Below, piece by piece: positions 27,820 through 34,832 of a DNA stretch of 34,832 bases; position 1 is the stretch's first letter, and every line of letters begins with the position of its first letter. The DNA is taken from positions 45,865 through 80,696 of the forward strand of contig JBMFNT010000001.1 in the NCBI GenBank assembly GCA_049970015.1, given 5' to 3'. Below the pieces are notes generated by a model. The model ran no database searches and had not been told where the DNA came from. It saw only the letters and a list, made by a program, of their open reading frames with translations. This stretch comes from Candidatus Micrarchaeia archaeon. GTDB taxonomy: Archaea > Micrarchaeota > Micrarchaeia > CAILAH01. Both the position numbers and the translations under genes were made by a program.

Positions 27820-29655
27820 CTATTTCTTATTATCCACCTTGAGCCTTGGGAATATGCAAAGTGATTTTATCTCATCTAACAACAGCTTGAACGCATAGCA
27901 TATCTCAACCTTCTCCATGTGCGTGCTTCCACATACTGGACAGTAATCCATTCGCTTTGCATAATCTCGCATCCCTAGTGCACCACAGTCTGCACATACT
28001 AATATAGTGGTCTTATCACTTTCCTCAAGTAATCGATCTTTTATCATCTGTGTTGCACCATAACCTACCAAACAGTCCCTCTCCATTTCACCAAACCTTA
28101 GACCACCTTCTCTTGCCTTACCTTCAGTTGGCTGATGTGTGAGCAGCTGCACCGGGCCCCTGCTTCTCACATGCTTCTTGTTTGATACAAGGTGGTGCAA
28201 CCTCTGGTAGTAAATTACTCCTATGAATATCTTTGCTTTCAGCTTTCTTCCTGTAATCCCATCATACATTTCTTCCTCACCATTCTCTTCAAACCCATAC
28301 CTCTTGAGTGTTTCACGGAGTGATTCTTCACTCTCTCCGGAAAACATTGTGCCATCTACCATTCTACCATCAAACGCACCCACCTTCCCTGCAAGCATTT
28401 CAATTAGGTGGCCGGCAGTTGTACGGCTGGGGATAGCGTGCGGATTTATTATAAGGTCAGGAACAATCCCATCTTTTGTGAATGGAAGGTCCTCCTGTGG
28501 GGCAAGATAGCCTATCACGCCTTTCTGCCCGTGTCGCGATGCGACCTTATCACCAATCTCAGGAACCTTAAGCGAACGTATTTTCACTTTGACAAGCTTG
28601 TTCCCCGCGAGGCTCTCTGTGATTACAACACTGTCTATGGTTCCATAATCCCCACCTTTTGCAGTAACTGAATTCTCCCTTCTCTTTTCTTCAGTTATTC
28701 CAAAAGTGGCAACCTCCTCCATAAACCGTGGCGGTGATACCTTGCCAATTAGTACATCTCGTGGCTCTATTTCAACTTCAGGTAATATTATGCCATCCTC
28801 ATCAAGGTTCCTGTAGAGTTTCTCTTCTCTGTATCCAACAATGTTCGGTGTTGGCAACATAAGTTTATCCTTCTGTCCGCCAGGATACCTACGCTCCTCA
28901 GTTTCATAAGTCTTGTAAAATACTGATCTCATGAGCGCGCGTTCAACAGAATTCTTGTTTATCACCACAGCATCGCTCATGTTATAACCGTAGTAGCTCA
29001 TTATTGCAACCACAAGGTTTTGGCCCGCTGGCCTCTTATTGAAATTCAATGCGGAGTATGTTCTCGTTTCTACAAGAGGCTCCTGTGGATAGAATAGTAT
29101 GTGCGCGCGGGAGTCAAGCCGGTGGTTAAAGTTCACTGCATACAGCCCAAGCGACTGCTTCATCATTGAAGATGCCATCGTAAGTCTTGGTGAAGAGTTA
29201 TGGTTTGGGTAGGGGAACGTTGATACTATAGTACCTGTTATGCTCACTGGATCTATTTCAAGGTGTGTATGTTCTGGAGTAAGCTCTTGTTCGCTTGCAG
29301 CAATGTATGCTAAGGTATCCTCCTCTTCCGCATCTAAGTATTCTATGATGCCTTTTGACACAAGATCGGCAAATGAGATTTCACCTGATTTAAGCTTTTC
29401 GATGTGCTCCTTTGTGAGAAGTGGCTTACCATCTTTCACAACTATGCACGGCCTTCTCATCCTGCCTCCGCCGGTGTTTAGGTGGATCTCTCCAGATTTC
29501 TCATAATATGCAACATTAAGATTGCCTGTTAGCTCACCATTCCTTCTCTTTTCAATTATATTTGCCACAAGCTGTTTTGGATTATCATGGAATCCTAGGT
29601 ACATTCCATTCAGGTATACCATAACATGTGTGCCATTCTGCTTTTCTTTTGCCAT
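27820..29655 (-). CDS. rpoB1: RNA polymerase subunit B' (Rpo2C)
   Basis: GDKVASRHGQKG, NPHAIPSR, GGLRFGEMERD, C-terminal Zn finger. Confidence 0.97.
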   Translation of the reverse strand: MAKEKQNGTHVMVYLNGMYLGFHDNPKQLVANIIEKRRNGELTGNLNVAYYEKSGEIHLNTGGGRMRRPCIVVKDGKPLLTKEHIEKLKSGEISFADLVSKGIIEYLDAEEEDTLAYIAASEQELTPEHTHLEIDPVSITGTIVSTFPYPNHNSSPRLTMASSMMKQSLGLYAVNFNHRLDSRAHILFYPQEPLVETRTYSALNFNKRPAGQNLVVAIMSYYGYNMSDAVVINKNSVERALMRSVFYKTYETEERRYPGGQKDKLMLPTPNIVGYREEKLYRNLDEDGIILPEVEIEPRDVLIGKVSPPRFMEEVATFGITEEKRRENSVTAKGGDYGTIDSVVITESLAGNKLVKVKIRSLKVPEIGDKVASRHGQKGVIGYLAPQEDLPFTKDGIVPDLIINPHAIPSRTTAGHLIEMLAGKVGAFDGRMVDGTMFSGESEESLRETLKRYGFEENGEEEMYDGITGRKLKAKIFIGVIYYQRLHHLVSNKKHVRSRGPVQLLTHQPTEGKAREGGLRFGEMERDCLVGYGATQMIKDRLLEESDKTTILVCADCGALGMRDYAKRMDYCPVCGSTHMEKVEICYAFKLLLDEIKSLCIFPRLKVDNKK

Positions 29656-29664
29656 AAAATCCCC

Positions 29665-31134
29665 CTACTCTTTTACACCTTCCATGCGCAATGCCTTTAT
29701 TATACTACCATCATCTGTGGCAGCAGATGGAAGTGATACTTCGTTCATGAGCGCGAAGTTTTTGACAAGGGAGCAAGATGGCCCCTCAGGAGTTTCAGCA
29801 ATACATACCCTGCCCCACTGCGTGCCGTGCAGATCTCTTGCGAGAAAGTGGGGATGCCTCCTGCTCAAAGGTGATATGAGCCGGCGCATGTGCGAGCACA
29901 TTGCAAAAAAGTTTGTACGATCAAGCATCTGCGATACCCCTGTCTGTCCTGCCATCCAGTTACCAGTTGCAAGTGCATACCTTATTCTATCACTCAATGC
30001 ATCTGGGCGTATCACAGTATGTGCGGTTATCCTTCTGCCGCGCGCAACACCCCTCTCAACCTGGTAAGTTATATCCTTTATCAGGAACTGGAATGCGTAC
30101 CTGAACAGTTCCTGCATAAGCTCGCCCGCAAGCTTAACTCTTTTGTTGCAGTAATGGTCCCTGTCATCTTTTTGCATCTTCTTATTTGCAACATATATTG
30201 CGCGCTCAAGCATCTTTATCAAGTAGTATGCCTTTGCCTTTCTTGAGTCAGGTTCGGTTCCAAGGTGTGGTAGCAGGTAAGTATCCACGAGAATCTCAGC
30301 ACGCTTTAGCCTGAAATCCTTTGCCTGCCCTGGCGCCGCCTTCCTACCTATGTAATCGAGCGCATCTTCATAACTCTTCGTCTCATCAATCTCAATGTTG
30401 TACAACAGGTCAGATTTTATATATGTGTCATCCGGGAATGCCTTAATTATATCCTCATTTTTCTTGAAACCGAGCACACGGAGAAATGGTATTACTGGCA
30501 TTGATGGGGGTGCTGCGGGGAAGGTAAGCGTAAGCTTGCCATCTTTTGCCCTCTCAACACTGCACCGTGCTCTGAACCCAAACCTTGTAGAAAACACACG
30601 CGCGCTCACAATCCCTTTTTCTGAATCTTTACTGGTAATTATCCTGTTGGGCACGAGGTCCTCCAGGCTTACGAGCACTTTTTCCGTTCCGTTTACAATG
30701 AAGTAGCCACCCGGGTCCAACGGATCTTCACCTACATCAAGAAGCTCATTCTTCCCAAGGCCGTACAAGTGGCAGGCCTTTGATTTTACCATAATGGGTA
30801 GTTCTCCGATAAATACCTCCTCCATATCTCGCTCTATACCACTTACTGTTGGTATGATCTCCAGGAATATGGGCGAGGCATAAGTAAGGTTTCTCAGCCG
30901 TGCCTCGTTTGGTGTTATTAGCCTGCGCGATCCATCTGCCTCCTGTACCATGGGCGGCTCGATGCGTATGTTTCCGAGCTTGAACGAATACCCTTCAATG
31001 CCCGGCTCGATTGAACCTATTGACCGGATTACTTCACGCATCCCATAATCTAGGAAACGGTTAAAAGACTCAATGTGCTGTTGCGAAGGAGGAGTTCCCC
31101 TAAGATATGTGGATAGGAGTTCTTTGCTCATCAA
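29665..31134 (-). CDS. rpoB2: RNA polymerase subunit B'' (Rpo2N)
   Basis: QHIESFN, EARLRNLTY, DPGGYFIVNG, ARDLHGTQWGR, ETPEG...LVKN. Confidence 0.97.
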   Translation of the reverse strand: MMSKELLSTYLRGTPPSQQHIESFNRFLDYGMREVIRSIGSIEPGIEGYSFKLGNIRIEPPMVQEADGSRRLITPNEARLRNLTYASPIFLEIIPTVSGIERDMEEVFIGELPIMVKSKACHLYGLGKNELLDVGEDPLDPGGYFIVNGTEKVLVSLEDLVPNRIITSKDSEKGIVSARVFSTRFGFRARCSVERAKDGKLTLTFPAAPPSMPVIPFLRVLGFKKNEDIIKAFPDDTYIKSDLLYNIEIDETKSYEDALDYIGRKAAPGQAKDFRLKRAEILVDTYLLPHLGTEPDSRKAKAYYLIKMLERAIYVANKKMQKDDRDHYCNKRVKLAGELMQELFRYAFQFLIKDITYQVERGVARGRRITAHTVIRPDALSDRIRYALATGNWMAGQTGVSQMLDRTNFFAMCSHMRRLISPLSRRHPHFLARDLHGTQWGRVCIAETPEGPSCSLVKNFALMNEVSLPSAATDDGSIIKALRMEGVKE

Positions 31135-31147
31135 ATCACCACAGGTT

Positions 31148-31393
31148 TTAAACTACAATACGGTAGTATACATATTCTCCAATGTAATCCTTCCTGTATA
31201 TTCTGACTATGTCCCCACGTTTTGCACCTATTTCTTTTACAATGGGGTCATCCACACTGATTTTTGGTAGCTTACTGGCCGAATCTAGATTGAGTGCTTT
31301 TACTATGGAATCCACTTCTGAATCAGGAACAATCTCGTGCTTTGGAACAAGGTCATGATCTAATACGGAAAACCCAGGCTTAGTTTTACCCAA
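31148..31393 (-). CDS. rpoH: RNA polymerase subunit H (Rpo5)
   Basis: HDLVPKHEI, LPKISVDDP, GDIVRIYR, YYRIVV. Start trimmed to TTG 31393 after a GGTGG RBS. Confidence 0.93.
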   Translation of the reverse strand: MGKTKPGFSVLDHDLVPKHEIVPDSEVDSIVKALNLDSASKLPKISVDDPIVKEIGAKRGDIVRIYRKDYIGEYVYYRIVV

Positions 31394-31473
31394 TATACCA
31401 CCGCGCGCAATTCTTTTAAATAAGTTAACTTTATAAAAGTTTACATTCGCGTTGAAAAAGGCTATGTGAGCAG

Positions 31474-33846
31474 TTAAAGCCATTTCTCCAGACCACCCTG
31501 CAGTTTTCCTTCCTTTAAAATATCCCCCTTAAACCCAAGCTCCCCAAGTATTTTCTCAACTGCTGGCAATACTTGGTTGTTTATATAGTAATCCGGGTCG
31601 TAATCGCCTTCCTCAACAAAATCCACAAGCTCTGCTCTGTCAGACACGCTCCCTCTTCCGCTGCGTATCACATATCCTATCATGTGCCCCTCATCTATGT
31701 GAATCCCACGCTGGATTGCTTTTATAGCAGCAGAAACCTCTGGACCCATTGCTTTGTATTCCTTTGGTTTTTTCCTGAGTACAGTATATATTACAAGCTT
31801 GCTCAATGGCACTCTTTTTTCTCTTAAGTCTTTCACCACTTCCATAACAATCTTTCTTGCTTTATCAACATTGCCTTCCCTGAGCACAGCATCAAGGATG
31901 TGCCTCTGGGTTTCTTTAGCAATGTTTGACCAGTCGCGTCTTACAAGCTCGAACCCGCGTATTTTTATTTTACCACTCTTGCTAAGAAGCGCATACTTCT
32001 TCTTTGCACCGACACGCTCCGACTTTTTTGATACAAAAACTCCCCGTGTGTAAAAATCCTCAAGCTCAAGCTCCATGTCTTTAGGTAGGGTTTTGTTTAC
32101 ACCATTCATAAACCTAATCGCATCCTCCTCTTTTTCATACACTACAAACAAACTGTCTGTGTCGGCATAGAGGACGTTGAACCCTTCCTCCTCCGCGCGC
32201 CGTATTACATCCTTTATGTAATACCTCTCCCAAGCAGTTGTTGCCGCAGCACATTCCTTACAATACCATCTAGCCCGTACATACCTTAACATCCCATAAA
32301 ATGAGTTGGCAATTATCTTGAATGCATATTGCCGTGCGTATGCATATGCATAATCCGTACTTTCCTTGTCAAGGGATTTCAGCTGTTTTTTGAGCATTGC
32401 CCTATGCCTGAGTATTGTTGATAGAACATCTGGTATCAGCCCCCTCTTTTTTGAACAAAATTTATGCCCCTCAGGTGATATGTATGCCTCTTCATTCGAA
32501 CAGCAGTTACAGTTAAACGTCTCAGGAGATATGTTATGTGAAACTATTATGCTTGGATAGAGACTGCGAAAGTCAAACACAGCAATTTTTTCATAAATGC
32601 CCGGTGGCGGTGTTTTGACATATGCACCTTCTATGGGCTCTTCCTCGCGTGCATCCACAACAGCTTCTTTTGGTTTGTTCGGTGGCAGTATACCCCTTTT
32701 GTGTGCCTCACTCAAAAGCACTGCCTCAACCAACTGCCCGGTTGTTGATGAAACTGCATCATCAAGGGTAATTGCGGAGACTTTTGCAATTTCAATGAAG
32801 ATAGGAAGTATTTTCATGCCGAGCTCATATGTGGCAACTGCATCATCAAGCGAATAAGCGATAAGCTCTTCGCGTGTCTTATCCTCGTTCCACATCTTCC
32901 AAATATCATTCTTCCTTATTTCTTTCTTGCTTTTTCCGAGCATTTCCATGTACACTTCACCGAGCGTATATGTGTTTGTCTTGAGCGCACCTATGTTTGC
33001 AAGGAACCGCACCATATGGTACACATCTATGTGCACTCTACCAACAACACTCACCTTTGAGAATAACCCAGTCTTTCTTATTGTAAATGAAGAGTTGTCT
33101 CTCCCAATCACCAGGGACGTGCCGAGCACTTTTGCCCTTTCCAATAAATAAGGTAAATCAAAGTCCGAGCTGTTATAACCGAATAGAATGTCTACATTTT
33201 CATCCCGTATTGTCTTGCAAAACCTATCTATGAGCTCTTTTTCATTACTAACAAGGATTGAATCTGCGTTTTCTGATTTTTTGTAAGTTATTGCCTTTAC
33301 AGTCTTGTCTCTTGCATAGCTTAGCATTAGTATTGGGTCTTCCCGAGGTATTGGTACCCCCCGCGGGTTGTATGTTTCAATATCAAAAGACATAGCATTA
33401 AACTTGTGGACACCATCACTGCATTTCAGTATTTTTATAATGCTCTCGGAAATTTCCTCATATTCTATGTAGCTGAATATTCGCACTCCAGTATCAATCA
33501 TAAACCTTCTCACAAAAGGTATGTCATACTCATAACACATACCAAATTCAGCAAATATATCTTTCAGCTTTGGAACATCCGCAGGGTCATAGCATTCTAC
33601 CTTATTCACTTTCTTCTTTTCATTACCAATCCATTTTTCAACGGATGATATCTTTCTTACCTGTGGTGTGCTAGCAAGCTCCGCAGTAACATTACCATCA
33701 AAATAAAAATATGGATGAAATATTACATTCCTGAAAAGTGTTCTCTTATCCTCTTTTAGGGCCAGGCGTATAAATGCCTCATGCACACCTTCCCTTTCAC
33801 TCTGGTGCCTTTCATAATCAATGTCCAGAATAAATGCGCGTGGCAT
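31474..33846 (-). CDS. polB: Family B DNA polymerase
   Basis: Exonuclease motifs FDIET and GYNSSDFD; polymerase motifs DFRSLYPS, KIIANSFYG, YADTDS, KKKY; C-terminal PIP-like QGGLEKWL. Confidence 0.97.
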   Translation of the reverse strand: MPRAFILDIDYERHQSEREGVHEAFIRLALKEDKRTLFRNVIFHPYFYFDGNVTAELASTPQVRKISSVEKWIGNEKKKVNKVECYDPADVPKLKDIFAEFGMCYEYDIPFVRRFMIDTGVRIFSYIEYEEISESIIKILKCSDGVHKFNAMSFDIETYNPRGVPIPREDPILMLSYARDKTVKAITYKKSENADSILVSNEKELIDRFCKTIRDENVDILFGYNSSDFDLPYLLERAKVLGTSLVIGRDNSSFTIRKTGLFSKVSVVGRVHIDVYHMVRFLANIGALKTNTYTLGEVYMEMLGKSKKEIRKNDIWKMWNEDKTREELIAYSLDDAVATYELGMKILPIFIEIAKVSAITLDDAVSSTTGQLVEAVLLSEAHKRGILPPNKPKEAVVDAREEEPIEGAYVKTPPPGIYEKIAVFDFRSLYPSIIVSHNISPETFNCNCCSNEEAYISPEGHKFCSKKRGLIPDVLSTILRHRAMLKKQLKSLDKESTDYAYAYARQYAFKIIANSFYGMLRYVRARWYCKECAAATTAWERYYIKDVIRRAEEEGFNVLYADTDSLFVVYEKEEDAIRFMNGVNKTLPKDMELELEDFYTRGVFVSKKSERVGAKKKYALLSKSGKIKIRGFELVRRDWSNIAKETQRHILDAVLREGNVDKARKIVMEVVKDLREKRVPLSKLVIYTVLRKKPKEYKAMGPEVSAAIKAIQRGIHIDEGHMIGYVIRSGRGSVSDRAELVDFVEEGDYDPDYYINNQVLPAVEKILGELGFKGDILKEGKLQGGLEKWL

Positions 33847-33870
33847 AATGCTAATATGTTTACCACAAAG

Positions 33871-34431
33871 CTAATTATTCTTTTTGAAAACAGCAATGTC
33901 CTCAAGGTTGATAACAAACTCTTCCGGTGCCTTAGAAGCCCTTTTCTCTAATGTCTTCTTCTCCCCGCGCTTGCGCATCTCCAGCCGCTTCTTCTTCCTT
34001 TCCTCACGCATTTTTATTATCTCAAGCTTCAGCTCATCAAGCTCGTTCTTCAACTGCTCGATTTCCTTGTTGAGTACTTTTATGTTAGCAAGGTAATTCT
34101 TTCTCTCCTCTTCCTTACTCCCAACCCTCTTAATCTCCTCTTCCAGCCCTTTTATTGTTTTCATGAGCTCTCTTTCCCTCTCCAGTGTTATAGCCTCTGT
34201 TGCTATCTTGAATTCAAGCTTTTCCTTGCGTTTCATAAGAGCGCGCACCCCAGTCTTGTTCAGCATGCTAAGCTTTTCACGAAGCTCCTTTATCTGATCA
34301 ATTTTATTGAGCAGGAGAGCACGCTTCTCTTTAATCCTGCTTGAAATCTCCTCAAACGTATTAATCTTGGCACCTGTTGGCTTTTCCAACTCTTTCTTCT
34401 CCTCAGTATTTTGCTCCAAGAAGTTCACCAT
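33871..34431 (-). CDS. Archaeal coiled-coil protein (COG1340-like)
   Basis: Long heptad repeats with LEFKIATEAITLERERELMKTIKGLE. Confidence 0.7.
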   Translation of the reverse strand: MVNFLEQNTEEKKELEKPTGAKINTFEEISSRIKEKRALLLNKIDQIKELREKLSMLNKTGVRALMKRKEKLEFKIATEAITLERERELMKTIKGLEEEIKRVGSKEEERKNYLANIKVLNKEIEQLKNELDELKLEIIKMREERKKKRLEMRKRGEKKTLEKRASKAPEEFVINLEDIAVFKKNN

Positions 34432-34498
34432 ATAAAATTCAAAAGATGTTAGGATTTTAGAAGATAAGGTTTTTATATATTACCTCCCCTAAGATAGT

Positions 34499-34615
<117 letters not shown>

Positions 34616-34626
34616 CTTCTGTTTAC

Positions 34627-34757
34627 CTACCATTTTTCCATATGCATAACTTTGCTGGTGTCAAACCTTCTTTTATCATGGCCTTTCTCAGCAGGATGGC
34701 CTATGGGAAACACAGCTATGGGTTCAATGTACACCGGGAGGTCAAGTACTTTATTTA
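34627..34757 (-). pseudogene. Duplicated 3' fragment of a nitroreductase-like gene
   Basis: Translates VNKVLDLPVYIEPIAVFPIGHPAEKGHDKRRFDTSKVMHMEKW*. 34628-34704 is identical to 34756-34832 (period 128). Confidence 0.65.
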
Positions 34758-34832
34758 CCATTTTTCCATATGCATAACTTTGCTGGTGTCAAACCTTCTT
34801 TTATCATGGCCTTTCTCAGCAGGATGGCCTAT
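34755..34832 (-). CDS. C-terminus of a probable nitroreductase family protein (5' part outside the window)
   Basis: IGHPAEKGHDKRRFDTSKVMHMEKW-TAA. The duplicated copy supplies the LxLP..I.P.A..PIG.P motif typical of nitroreductase C-termini. Confidence 0.65.
   Translation of the reverse strand: MGHPAEKGHDKRRFDTSKVMHMEKW

Noticed and set aside
27820..31134. Split rpoB as a novelty or frameshift
   Set aside because: The B''/B' split at this position is well known in several archaeal lineages, and B' has its own RBS (GGGGGA) and ATG.

Overview
Core-genome window of an archaeon, most likely DPANN (Micrarchaeota-like; inferred from gene content, divergent S12/NusA and multi-intron tRNAs). It carries PolD (DP1, DP2), PolB, the rpoH-B''-B'-A'-A''-L30e-nusA-S12-S7-EF2 cluster, GluRS, aEF-1beta, L40e, a DGGGP synthase-like prenyltransferase, the oapABC/arvABC GTPase operon, a PIN+ERCC4 nuclease operon, a stand-alone 5S rRNA and five tRNA loci. 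The main oddities are: (1) tRNAs with BHB introns at both 37/38 and 59/60, including a tRNA-Arg spread over 445 nt whose introns are stacked hairpin modules bounded by short direct repeats; (2) a hairpin repeat family (GCAC-TTTCTTT...CTGCACYAAA) seen only in or beside tRNAs, always in tRNA-sense orientation; (3) divergent tRNA-Pro and tRNA-Val loci that both lack intact 5' ends; (4) DP2 reading in frame into a YhaM-like OB+HD exonuclease; (5) a lytic transglycosylase-like orphan; (6) a GC-rich hairpin with an SD/anti-SD-like loop, and an 11-bp-phased operator-like array, flanking a wHTH gene. Several tandem duplications could be assembly artefacts and need read-level checks. All calls come from motif recognition by eye; no searches were run.
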